This document shows positions 18,772-28,489 of a stretch of DNA of 64,000 bases, piece by piece. The notes below the pieces were generated by a model, which ran no database searches, was not told the DNA's origin, and saw only the letters and a program-made list of their open reading frames with translations. Source of the stretch: Candidatus Thorarchaeota archaeon. Its GTDB lineage: Archaea > Asgardarchaeota > Thorarchaeia > Thorarchaeales > Thorarchaeaceae. The stretch's first letter is position 1. Each line of letters opens with the position of its first letter. The position numbers and the translations under genes are program-made. The DNA is taken from assembly GCA_048882485.1 (NCBI GenBank), contig JBHLRP010000011.1, positions 1-64,000 on the forward strand, written 5' to 3'.

Positions 18772-20577
18772 CTAGTCTGAGGTCACTTCTGGCTCGCGAC
18801 GCTCATATTCGCCGGCGTCTTCGCCAGCCTGCACAGAAACATTGATTTTCTTCTTGTCGCCAGGATTCATTCTAGTCCATGTCCAGACTAGATTGGTGCC
18901 ATCGTGGACAGGTTTCTCAATAGGTGCTTCTTCCATAGGGTCTGTGGATACATATTCGAATCCTGCAGGTATCCAGTCTGTCACCTCAACGTTCTCGACT
19001 GTCACCTCGCCCTTGTTTTCTATTACAATAACCACTATGTATTGACCCGGATCTGATCCCTTGTTGATACCTTTCTTTGTCGAGATGCTTCTCTTCTTGT
19101 AGAGAATCCCAATTTTATGACCATCCTCTGCACTCGCAGCCTCTCCAGCAAGACCCTCAGGATATGTATGTGCTTCACAATAGATGGGAGATGGATATTC
19201 CTTCTCAGGCCTGTTTCTCCAAGCCATGATAGCATAGTTGAGCTTGACTGAGTCGCCGGGCTCAACTTCGCCAACTGAGTCTTTGAGATTGAGAATCTTG
19301 AAGGTCATCTTATGTGGAACCTCGGGATTCTGATCATCGGGATCCACGGCTACTTCGAACTCGCCGCCATATTCTTCACCTCTCACCAAGATCGTAACAT
19401 GTTCCGGCTTGGGGGGCATCACATCGTCAGGCAAGCTGTCTTCAATCATGAATGAGTTGAGGCGGGCCGTCCCAACATTCTTCACCTTGATTGTTACCTC
19501 CACTGGAGTCTTGTCGAAACTACTGACTTCAGGAGGGTCGAACTCCTTAGTATAGTCAATGCGTACAACAGGCAGTTCCTGAGGAATTTTCTCAACGGTT
19601 CCAAGGACTCGACTTGTGATGACTCTCATTGGAGTGTATACCATTTCTTGGGTGCATTTGGGCGGCGACTTGCTGCCAATCTCAAATTTCGAGCTCCAGT
19701 CTTGATTTGGAGCCATCTCCAGCCTAGGAGTTTCATCAATCATCTTCTGCTTCTCTCCACCATCCTCAGGTGTGAGATAGACTTCCGCTTTATCTAGCCG
19801 AACCATTAGGTCGCTTTCATTAGAGCATTCCAAGATGCACTCCCATTGGTTGGGTTCTGTTTCGGCTGTTTCGATGCCTGTTAGAAACTCCGTCAGTGCA
19901 GTCATATCAGGAGTAAGGCCAGACCTCTGCTGATCCTCCCCTCTGTACGTGACCACTATCTCGCCAGCGCTCTTGATTTCCGTGTCGTCAACATTCCCAG
20001 TAGCTGAAATGACAAGTGTCGATTCCTCTCTGGGATATACGACAAAGTCCTTCCAGATGATTGTCCCTGTTCCCTCATCGAACTCTGTGACTCCTGAGCT
20101 CGTGGAATCTACATTCACCATTGTGAGCTCGGGTGGAATGGTCTTGTTGAGGACGATGTTGTCAAGCTGCCCATCTGTTTCATTCTTTACTTTGATCGTG
20201 ATTTTTACAGGATTCTCCTTTCCGTATACATATGCCCAGTGCGGTTCATCAGTTGGTACAGTGCCACAGGTATCAAATCTCTCTGTGAGAGTAAGAATTG
20301 GCTTCTTGATGTCGACTGTGTAGTCAGTTTCCCATTTCGCACCAGCATCGACCTCGCCTGCTGATAGTGATTCATCAGAGAAGCTCGTACCTCCGGCGCT
20401 TCCTTCAAGCAGCACTCGGACATTCCAGATTCGTGATCTATCTGAAACATTGTTGACGGATAGGATCCCTCTGGCCTCGGCGTTCTTAAGACCACTTCGC
20501 TCGCCGATGACCGCCTTTTCGGTTTCCTCTAAGTCGATTTCGACAGTTTTGTGTTCACTCAATTGGAACTCACCCAT
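18772..20577 (-). CDS. Acidic multi-beta-sandwich protein (DUF11/Ig-like repeats; mu-homology-like N-terminus), no signal peptide
   Basis: Repeated V.I.V.N.G...L.N..I.D.LP/IP and W....PG motifs. Confidence 0.65.
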   Translation of the reverse strand: MGEFQLSEHKTVEIDLEETEKAVIGERSGLKNAEARGILSVNNVSDRSRIWNVRVLLEGSAGGTSFSDESLSAGEVDAGAKWETDYTVDIKKPILTLTERFDTCGTVPTDEPHWAYVYGKENPVKITIKVKNETDGQLDNIVLNKTIPPELTMVNVDSTSSGVTEFDEGTGTIIWKDFVVYPREESTLVISATGNVDDTEIKSAGEIVVTYRGEDQQRSGLTPDMTALTEFLTGIETAETEPNQWECILECSNESDLMVRLDKAEVYLTPEDGGEKQKMIDETPRLEMAPNQDWSSKFEIGSKSPPKCTQEMVYTPMRVITSRVLGTVEKIPQELPVVRIDYTKEFDPPEVSSFDKTPVEVTIKVKNVGTARLNSFMIEDSLPDDVMPPKPEHVTILVRGEEYGGEFEVAVDPDDQNPEVPHKMTFKILNLKDSVGEVEPGDSVKLNYAIMAWRNRPEKEYPSPIYCEAHTYPEGLAGEAASAEDGHKIGILYKKRSISTKKGINKGSDPGQYIVVIVIENKGEVTVENVEVTDWIPAGFEYVSTDPMEEAPIEKPVHDGTNLVWTWTRMNPGDKKKINVSVQAGEDAGEYERREPEVTSD

Positions 20578-20604
20578 TTTGTTTCTAACCACCCTTCCAG
20601 GTGA

Positions 20605-21321
20605 CTATTCTGGCTCAGATGACGTGGAACTCAATGAATGCCTGAATTCATGGCCGGCAGCCCACTGTACTTCCAGCGTCTGTCCTGGTTCCATCAGGAG
20701 AGGAGTAGTCTTTTGCCCAAACTGTTCGATGTACTTGGCGAACTTCTTGGGTTGGTCCTCCGAAGTCCATCTAACAGGGATGCCGACTTGGGGAATCGCA
20801 TCAATACAAAGACTGACTGCATCCTTTACGGCAAATGCATGTTCGCCTCCCACTGGTACAATCATCACGTTTGCTTCCAGCTGCCCGAAAGGACCTCGTA
20901 CCAAGCTGTCGCCGAGATATGACACCTTCATAGATGACATTTCGATATGAAGACCCAGATTCTCAATCGTTTCGCCAGTTTCCACACTCCGCTTTTGAAG
21001 GGGGAATGGTGTGACTTTTAGCCCCGGAATCTCATATGGAACCTCAGGCTTTAGAGTGTGCAGCAGCCAGGCCCTAGCACCTTTTTGCTGAGCTCTCTCA
21101 ATCGTAGCTTCATTGCCAAGAATCCACGCCTTTGAGTTCACAGCGATTTCTGCAGCGTTCCCTAGTGCGTCATCCTCATAGTTTGTCACAATGATGACCC
21201 GGCAGTCAAATTCGTCCGGGACAACTGCCTCTCCGTCCCAGGTTCCTGGGTTCAGGAGCACAGTTGTTTCCTGTGTTTCCAATGCGAATGATGTCTTTCC
21301 AAAGTACGCTATCTTGAGCAC
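20605..21321 (-). CDS. Metallo-beta-lactamase-fold protein (UPF0173/UlaG-like), degenerate
   Basis: KIAYFGKTSF, VLLNP, IIVTNYEDDA in place of THxHxDH, YLGDS, IVPVGG, IPVRW. Confidence 0.7.
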   Translation of the reverse strand: MLKIAYFGKTSFALETQETTVLLNPGTWDGEAVVPDEFDCRVIIVTNYEDDALGNAAEIAVNSKAWILGNEATIERAQQKGARAWLLHTLKPEVPYEIPGLKVTPFPLQKRSVETGETIENLGLHIEMSSMKVSYLGDSLVRGPFGQLEANVMIVPVGGEHAFAVKDAVSLCIDAIPQVGIPVRWTSEDQPKKFAKYIEQFGQKTTPLLMEPGQTLEVQWAAGHEFRHSLSSTSSEPE

Positions 21322-21466
21322 TGGACCACTTCCCGTAGTTCCGCTTGGTCGCCAACTTGCCAGAATCCTTGCGGTCAAAAAATCGTAGATTCAGTTCCTT
21401 TTAAGACAATCTCCGAGGAACGGCGCAAATACTTAAATCACGCACGATATAGTTGGCTAATGGCAA

Positions 21467-21805
21467 ATGATGTGCCTGGAGGTGTTACTTCTATTGTTGC
21501 AGCAACAGATGGTCACCGTAAGCATCCCTTTTCTACTCGCCTTCGGTTTCCTACTAGGTATGTTACTATTGATTCTTGGATATCGCGAAAGAGTAGATGT
21601 CCTAAGAAGAAATCGTCTATTGGGCTCAGGGCTCAGCATCATTGGTATAATGACTCTTCTGACTCCGCTCTCATGGTTCCTGTACCTAGCCAACAGATAT
21701 GGAACTGTGATTATGACTTCAAGTGACATTGTAATCCTTGCTATGTGGGCTTTCACGGGAGGCATAATCATGGGTGTTGGTATTATCACTGCTCTGAAAC
21801 GCTAA
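21467..21805 (+). CDS. Small membrane protein (~3 TM)
   Basis: Three hydrophobic segments; TATA-like TTAAAT upstream. Confidence 0.6.
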   Translation: MMCLEVLLLLLQQQMVTVSIPFLLAFGFLLGMLLLILGYRERVDVLRRNRLLGSGLSIIGIMTLLTPLSWFLYLANRYGTVIMTSSDIVILAMWAFTGGIIMGVGIITALKR

Positions 21806-21964
21806 TTGGCCTTCCAAACACTCGCCTGAGCCTCTGAGATTAGAGCTGAGATGTGTTCTCAGGACTCTCTCGAATCAACCGAGTGCTATGTTTTTATGAC
21901 CTTGGAATGAGAAACAGATGAGGTTGACCTAGGTTTACTAACCGAATGATTGAGAGAGGGTTCC

Positions 21965-23257
21965 ATGCTGGAGAAGATTCTCACCGACAGGTTCAGAGAG
22001 ATTCTGAAACTAGTCTTCACAGACATAAGCAATCAACAAGACAGGCGCGATGCGGAGGAGTTCTCAAAAGATGAGGTTCGGATCAAGCAACAGCTTCTTG
22101 ATATCGTAGACCCTTATCCTCCTGACATAATTCTTGAAGAAGACTTTCTCATAGCAGCAGTAGATGGCTCTGGCACGGACAATCTGATGCTCTTGGATGA
22201 TATTAGGGTGCATCTCTTGAGTACAGCTACAACTGTGCTAGACACCAACACGCGGTCTGAGAAACTCTTTGACCCAATTGGAACAAAGGTCTTGGAGGAG
22301 CGTCTTGGAGGTCAACCACATCTTGATGTTCATTGGCATTCAGGAGTTCGAAATGATGCTCAGAGAAAGATGGCCGAAACCCTAGAATCGATTTATCCTC
22401 TCAAGGATGTGGTTGACATAATCCTGCCTTTCTTCAGAGATGATACAAAGGGTGCCATATCCTCAATCTCTGACTTCAAGGGAACTGATTATGAGAAGCA
22501 TCTGCCTGAACTGAGAGAAATGGAGACCCTGATATCAAGAGCACAGATACTCACAAACCCAGTGGTCCATGATGAATTGCGAAAGGTGTCAGAGTATGCA
22601 GCGGCGAGAAACGTCTTGACTAGCAATATACGTCCAAAGTATTTGCTTCTCGATGGGGCGCTTTCAATCTTCATGCACTTTGTGAAGAAATACCCCTCAA
22701 TGCCGAGTGGATTCATGCTACGCGAGCTAGCATCTCTAGCAAGAAAAGAGGGTGTTGTACTTTGTGCCGTGAGTAAGAACCACACAATTCCCTTTGCACA
22801 TCGGATTGCCAAGATGGCACAAGAAGCCTTTGGAGATGGCGCCAAGTGGTTCTGCCAACTTCCGTGCAAAGACGATCCAGGAGGCGGTCTTCATATTACC
22901 GAAGACCGGACCTACATCCCTCCACGATTAGCTGTTCCCTATCTCTTCAGCTTCTCCCAAGATAATCGACCCTCTCGGATTGACTTTGATAGAGTCTGGT
23001 GGCTTGAGAATGTGTTTGTACGGGGCGATCCCGTGGCCACGAGACAGAATGAGAAGGCCCTCTTCCGTGATATTGAATTTATGTCACGTGATGCAAGGTG
23101 GTATGGATACCCTGTGCCTCTGGCACTTGCCCATGAGGTTTGCAAGCTTAGCTATGAGGATTTGAGGCTTGCTAGAGAGATATGCAAAGATGTTCGACAC
23201 GAAATTGGTCTGGAAACAAGAAAAACTGAGCCATTGAGAGCAGACTATAATCTATGA
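21965..23257 (+). CDS. nurA: NurA-family 5'-3' nuclease
   Basis: AAVDGS, LLLDGAL, AVSK, GYPVPLALAHE; first gene of the herA-mre11-rad50 run. Confidence 0.85.
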   Translation: MLEKILTDRFREILKLVFTDISNQQDRRDAEEFSKDEVRIKQQLLDIVDPYPPDIILEEDFLIAAVDGSGTDNLMLLDDIRVHLLSTATTVLDTNTRSEKLFDPIGTKVLEERLGGQPHLDVHWHSGVRNDAQRKMAETLESIYPLKDVVDIILPFFRDDTKGAISSISDFKGTDYEKHLPELREMETLISRAQILTNPVVHDELRKVSEYAAARNVLTSNIRPKYLLLDGALSIFMHFVKKYPSMPSGFMLRELASLARKEGVVLCAVSKNHTIPFAHRIAKMAQEAFGDGAKWFCQLPCKDDPGGGLHITEDRTYIPPRLAVPYLFSFSQDNRPSRIDFDRVWWLENVFVRGDPVATRQNEKALFRDIEFMSRDARWYGYPVPLALAHEVCKLSYEDLRLAREICKDVRHEIGLETRKTEPLRADYNL

Positions 23258-23274
23258 GAGTGAGGTAGTAAATC

Positions 23275-25032
23275 ATGTTGGATAGAGATAACCTCGGAGA
23301 ACTCTTCGGAAAGGTAGGTATGGGCAATCAGAACATGCTTGGTATCATGGGAAACAACCGCGACATAAGCGTTGGCGAGATTTTCATGATTTATTCACAG
23401 AGAGATGGCCATGAGCGAGTCTTCTTTTTCAGAGTGCTTGGGCTGGAGAACTACCTCAGACAGGTTGATGACATGGCTAGAGTCGCTGGCACGTTGATGG
23501 TAGAGGGCGATTCGTACCTGTCCGGAATTGAAAGAAACATGCTCCTCTCGGTGGATGGAAGGATGCTGGGCTACGCTGAGGAAACAGGGGACGGTTGGAG
23601 ATTCATGTCCCCTAGACGACTTCCAGACCATCTAGCGAACGTCTATCGACCAATTCCAGGCACATCGGACAAGCCTGTCAAAGAAATGCTGAGTTCACAG
23701 ACAGACGGAAATGTCCGTGTTGGAGACCTACAGATTGGTGAGGCGACTCTTGATGTTCCAGTCATGATTCCCGCAAAATTCCTGCCTATGCATGTGGGAA
23801 TTTTTGGATCAACAGGTGCCGGTAAGAGCAACTTGATGATGGTTCTTATCAAATCAATAATCGACTCTAATTTGGATCATCTCCACGAACATAACACCGT
23901 ACATCCCAGAGTATCCGCATTCTGTATAGATCCGCATGATGAGTTCGCGAAGGGCGTAGACAAGTATGGAATCCAGAACGTGATTGAGGCAATGGACCCA
24001 ACAACAAGGACTGATGTCATCGGCGACTTCTACTATCTTACGACTCACAAGAGAGCCACCCCCCGGGAGATTAAGCGATACGCGAGGGAGATTCGTGTTC
24101 TCTGGGAAGAGATTCGACCTCGAGATCTCTACTCAATAATGGAATTCACTCCTCAGATGTACTCATTCATTGATGCCCAATTCAATCGATACAGAGAGAA
24201 CTGGGTGAGAGAGATTCTCGCATTGGATAAGGATCCTGAAGGCACTCCCACAGGCACAGTCAATGCCGTTCAACGTAGGCTCCGTTTTCTCGAGAGATCT
24301 CCAATCTTTGTAGAAACTGGTAGTTCTATTCTTGGTGATATCTTTGAGGCAATGGAAACAGGAAGAATCATCGTTGTCAATACCAGTCTTATGAGAGACA
24401 CGGAGCAGTTCCTTCTAACGACAATTGTGACAAGAACTCTGTCAGACATGAGGCGTGCCCTCAAGAGCAGCGGTAATCTCGGAGACTTCATTCGCCAAGG
24501 CGAAATGCGTCTACCTGTGCCCTTTTTCAGAAAAGTCAAGGCGCAAGCAAAGACCTTCTATGGCGTGGGAGGAGTCGATGATGAGTCACCCGTGCATGAT
24601 CCCCGCAATCTCCCAGTTATTCTCATCACTGTTGAGGAGGCACCCACGATCCTCAATCCAGAGCTAATGCGCGGCCAATCAGTATTCAAGGACATCTCGC
24701 GACAGGGACGTAAGTTCAACATGGGCCTCCTAGTGGTAAGCCAGCAAGTCAGTGTACTTGACAATGTCATCCTTAGTCAAATGAACACAGAAATCAATCT
24801 CCGGTTGGGCAATGAGCGTGAGATTCGGGCATGCATTGAGAATGCAAGTGTCAATATATCCGGATTCGAAAATGAATTCCGTGTAATGTCACGGGGTGAA
24901 GCAATTATGACGGCTTCATATAGAGAAATGCCATTGCCGGTTAAGATCCCGCTCTTTGACAAGGTCTTTGAACGTGACAGAGATAGGTACAGAGGGAAGA
25001 GCTCAAAGAAGACAGAAAAACGGGTTCTATGA
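23275..25032 (+). CDS. herA: HerA ATPase/DNA translocase
   Basis: HVGIFGSTGAGKSN, IDPHDE, Walker B ITVEEAP, RQGRKF, SQ. Confidence 0.9.
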   Translation: MLDRDNLGELFGKVGMGNQNMLGIMGNNRDISVGEIFMIYSQRDGHERVFFFRVLGLENYLRQVDDMARVAGTLMVEGDSYLSGIERNMLLSVDGRMLGYAEETGDGWRFMSPRRLPDHLANVYRPIPGTSDKPVKEMLSSQTDGNVRVGDLQIGEATLDVPVMIPAKFLPMHVGIFGSTGAGKSNLMMVLIKSIIDSNLDHLHEHNTVHPRVSAFCIDPHDEFAKGVDKYGIQNVIEAMDPTTRTDVIGDFYYLTTHKRATPREIKRYAREIRVLWEEIRPRDLYSIMEFTPQMYSFIDAQFNRYRENWVREILALDKDPEGTPTGTVNAVQRRLRFLERSPIFVETGSSILGDIFEAMETGRIIVVNTSLMRDTEQFLLTTIVTRTLSDMRRALKSSGNLGDFIRQGEMRLPVPFFRKVKAQAKTFYGVGGVDDESPVHDPRNLPVILITVEEAPTILNPELMRGQSVFKDISRQGRKFNMGLLVVSQQVSVLDNVILSQMNTEINLRLGNEREIRACIENASVNISGFENEFRVMSRGEAIMTASYREMPLPVKIPLFDKVFERDRDRYRGKSSKKTEKRVL

Positions 25033-25042
25033 GGAGTGAAAG

Positions 25043-26350
25043 ATGGCTGTACGCATTGCGCACATCTCCGATACACATCTTGGCGCCCGACCCCGTCAAG
25101 GTGTTAGACACAATGTCTGGGGAGAGGAGATGCGGAGCCAGCTACTTGAGAATGATTTCTACGAACGATTTGCTGAGATATTTGAACGCATTTCTCTAAC
25201 AGAGCCGTCCGTAGACTTGGTCATTCACTCCGGAGACCTCTACAATTCTCCTTGGGAGAACAACCCATCACAACCTCCAGTTGTTGCGCAAGAAACTGCC
25301 ATACGAGTTCTGAAGGATTTCATAAACAGAACCAACATTCCGGTCCTAATCATCGAAGGAAACCATGGGCTTTATCGTTCATTAGATGTATCGCTTCTCG
25401 ATTCTCTCAAAATGGCAGTTCCTGGGCTTGATGTAGCAACTCAGGTTGATTTGAAACGAGCATTTCGTTTATGGGAGCCGCTCAGGTTCTCTTACGAGAA
25501 GTTGGATGTCTACTGCTTTCCATTCATTGACTATGCCGTTCTTAATTCCATGGCACTTCTGAGCGACTTCAACGATTGGATTTCCACAAAGCAAATTCCC
25601 AGTCCAAAAAGAGTATCAATTGGTGTTGCTCATGGTATGGAAATTGATAGGTCTCTCCACAAACCCATCTTAGAGATGGGCTATGACTACATTGCCTTGG
25701 GTCACGACCATCATATGCACAAGCACGCGGAGAACGCATGGTATGCAGGGGCTCCTGAACGCTGGAGATATGATGAGATTCGCCATGAGAAGGGCTACCT
25801 CCTAGTAGATTTGGAACTTGACACGCCTCCAAAGATTACTCCTGTTCATCTCGAATTCATAAGATCAGTGCAAAGTGACAAGCTCGAAATTGAACTCGAC
25901 GATACCGAAGAAACCATCATCGGAAAAACTGAAGAATGGTTCGAGAAGAATGGGTTGAAGAGATCATGGGAGCCATCAACAGCTGGGCGTGTAAGGCTAC
26001 TCTTTGAGGGTATGTCCCCTCGAGTTAGCGGGTTTGAGCTTACAATGGCGTTAGAGGCCCTCAGAGCTAGGGTCCTTGCTTCTGAATCAGAATATAACAT
26101 AGCTCAGCTTGTATGGAACATTCGTCAGACAGAAGCAGAGCACAGTCCTTCAGCATATCCCGAAATTGAATCTGAGTTCCTCATAGAGAATCCTGAAGGC
26201 GACTTTCGCGCTTATTTGGAAACCCTTGAAATCGATGAGAGATACGACGAAAGGAAATTGACGAAGATTGCTGTTGAGGCTTTGAGAATCTCAGTCACAT
26301 GTCCAGACGAGAGTCTGAGATTGGAGCATCTTACGGAGGGTGAGGAATGA
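25043..26350 (+). CDS. mre11: Mre11/SbcD nuclease
   Basis: HISDTHLG, SGDLY, GNH, AHG, YIALGHDH, YAGAPE. Confidence 0.9.
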   Translation: MAVRIAHISDTHLGARPRQGVRHNVWGEEMRSQLLENDFYERFAEIFERISLTEPSVDLVIHSGDLYNSPWENNPSQPPVVAQETAIRVLKDFINRTNIPVLIIEGNHGLYRSLDVSLLDSLKMAVPGLDVATQVDLKRAFRLWEPLRFSYEKLDVYCFPFIDYAVLNSMALLSDFNDWISTKQIPSPKRVSIGVAHGMEIDRSLHKPILEMGYDYIALGHDHHMHKHAENAWYAGAPERWRYDEIRHEKGYLLVDLELDTPPKITPVHLEFIRSVQSDKLEIELDDTEETIIGKTEEWFEKNGLKRSWEPSTAGRVRLLFEGMSPRVSGFELTMALEALRARVLASESEYNIAQLVWNIRQTEAEHSPSAYPEIESEFLIENPEGDFRAYLETLEIDERYDERKLTKIAVEALRISVTCPDESLRLEHLTEGEE

Positions 26351-28431
26351 GACTCATACGCTTGGAGCTTCAGAACTTCAAGCCATTCAGAAAGCTCACT
26401 CTTCCCGCTGAGGACGAGGAATTGCCAAAAGGTCTCATTATCGTTCGAGGCCCTAACTCGACAGGAAAGTCTTCAATCTTCGAAGCTATCCTCTGGGCTC
26501 TTTGGGGTTCAGGAGCAGTTGAGCCAGCGAATGATGAGTTGATTAATTTTGCCTCTTCATTCTGTGATGTAAGGCTGGAGTTTGATATTGCAGGCACCAA
26601 GTATGAGATTAATCGTTCTTACGACCCCGCGAAGGGCATGTCCGTCGTTCTTTCAGAGAAAAAGAATGGCAATTGGAAGCGAATCGCAGACAAGAACCAG
26701 ACAGTGAGTAGAAGCATGGAGGATATACTCAACCTAGAACATCAACAGGCACTTCAAACACTTCTTGTCCGCCAAGGCGAAGTTGCTCTAATTGCCAACG
26801 CCACTCCCACCGTTCTTAGAGAATTGCTTGAGAAGGTCTATAATATCGAGCTATTGGGTGAGATGAAGAAGCAGCTCGCGAATCTAGAGGCGAACCTAAA
26901 GACCAACATTGATGTTCTGGAGAAGGAGTACAGGCCTCCTGAACATATTCGTGAACAGATTGCCAATGTCAAGAAGCGTATTGTACATGATGAACGTGAG
27001 CTCAAGAAGATTACAAAAGAGAGTCGCAAAGCAGAGGAGCTCCTAAAAACCCTGCCAGACCCCAAGGACCTGAAAAGAGCCGCTGAATTACTTGAAGATA
27101 TCAGAATAAAGGAGGGAGAACACAAAAGGGTCCTAAAGTTGAGAGAGAGAGAGCTACAAATGGCTGGGATTGCTGATTCAAATCCGGAGATCATTCGTGC
27201 AAGATTGGAATTCTTGAAGAAGGAAAGCGCAAAACTGGATTTAGACAGGGATACAATAATGGAGAAGTCGCATCGCATAGAGAGAGAGATTGGAGAGCAT
27301 AAGGCCCTGCTAGGAGATGTCGAAGAGAAGATTACAGGTCTGACAAAGGTGGATGAAGGCGGTCTATGTCCGATATGTCAAAAACCTCTTTCTGCGCACG
27401 AATGCAATAGAATTGTTTCTGAGTATAAGTCTACAGCAGAGAGCCATAAGATGAGAATTGATGCTCTATCCCAGGAACGAGATGCAATCCCTGATGAATT
27501 GAAGGAAATAGATGATAGACTTAGAACCATTCCTCGTGCAATTGATGCGGCATCCCGCCTAGCAGATCAGCAGAGAGAAGCTGATGCTATCGCCTCTGAG
27601 GCAGGGGCGTTGGCAAACACGCTCGGTTCAGTTCTCAGAAAGATGAATGTGGAAAGCGTTAAGATGCTACTCAAGAAGCATAAGGTCAATGACATTTTGC
27701 ATCTGCAGAGCAATATAATCAGGCTCAAAGAAACGCTCATTGCGAACAAGACAAGCATTGAGTCTGCATCAAAGAGAATAGAGCGGGGCAAAGAAGAGGT
27801 CAAAGAGCTTGAAGAAAAGCAGGTAAAGATGAAGGAGTTGGGTGCCCAAATCCAGTCAATCGAGGAACTCAAAGAACATACCACATATGTCCGGAGGAAG
27901 CTTGTTAGCGGATTTATAGCAGACTACATTTTTCAGAAACGACTGATTGGAATCATCAGAAAAGCGACCAATGTGTATGTAGATGCGTTCACCAATGGTC
28001 AATACACATCGATTGATCTAGAGCCAACTCCAGCAAAGGGGCGTGCAGGACCCGGCCTTCTTCTCAGGATATGGGATGAACGTGACAAGGCAAAGAAGAG
28101 AAGCTCCCAGCTTAGCTTTGGTGACAGAACTGCCATTAGTCTAGGTCTTCGACTTGGTATCAGCAGGACAATGAGCAGCATTAGACCTTTGAAGGAAAGC
28201 CCTGCTGTGGCTCCGCGTGTCCGAAGTGTGCTTCTTGATGAACCGCTTGGTGGTCTGGATAGGGGCCGGAGAATATCTGTTGTCAAGAACCTAGTGAATG
28301 ATCAGAGCTTCGAACAAATCTTTCTCATAACTCATACTGATGTTGGAGGATGGGAGGGTGTTCCGGTCATAGAAGTGAGCAAGAGTGGTTCTGGCAGTGA
28401 TGCTTTACTGGTCCTCTCTCCTGATGTATGA
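26347..28431 (+). CDS. rad50: Rad50/SbcC ATPase with zinc hook
   Basis: NFK, GPNSTGKSS, Q-loop RQGE, CPIC hook mid coiled coil, LLDEP, ITH; signature reads LSFGD. Confidence 0.9.
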   Translation: MRLIRLELQNFKPFRKLTLPAEDEELPKGLIIVRGPNSTGKSSIFEAILWALWGSGAVEPANDELINFASSFCDVRLEFDIAGTKYEINRSYDPAKGMSVVLSEKKNGNWKRIADKNQTVSRSMEDILNLEHQQALQTLLVRQGEVALIANATPTVLRELLEKVYNIELLGEMKKQLANLEANLKTNIDVLEKEYRPPEHIREQIANVKKRIVHDERELKKITKESRKAEELLKTLPDPKDLKRAAELLEDIRIKEGEHKRVLKLRERELQMAGIADSNPEIIRARLEFLKKESAKLDLDRDTIMEKSHRIEREIGEHKALLGDVEEKITGLTKVDEGGLCPICQKPLSAHECNRIVSEYKSTAESHKMRIDALSQERDAIPDELKEIDDRLRTIPRAIDAASRLADQQREADAIASEAGALANTLGSVLRKMNVESVKMLLKKHKVNDILHLQSNIIRLKETLIANKTSIESASKRIERGKEEVKELEEKQVKMKELGAQIQSIEELKEHTTYVRRKLVSGFIADYIFQKRLIGIIRKATNVYVDAFTNGQYTSIDLEPTPAKGRAGPGLLLRIWDERDKAKKRSSQLSFGDRTAISLGLRLGISRTMSSIRPLKESPAVAPRVRSVLLDEPLGGLDRGRRISVVKNLVNDQSFEQIFLITHTDVGGWEGVPVIEVSKSGSGSDALLVLSPDV

Positions 28432-28489
28432 TTTGTCTGCTATGTAGATAAGGACAAATATAAGGGAAATAATCTGAGAGCCATTCGCA

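Noticed and set aside
21965-25032. HerA plus nuclease as an anti-phage defence system
   Set aside because: The partner is NurA-like and the pair is followed by mre11-rad50, which is the known archaeal DNA end-resection operon.
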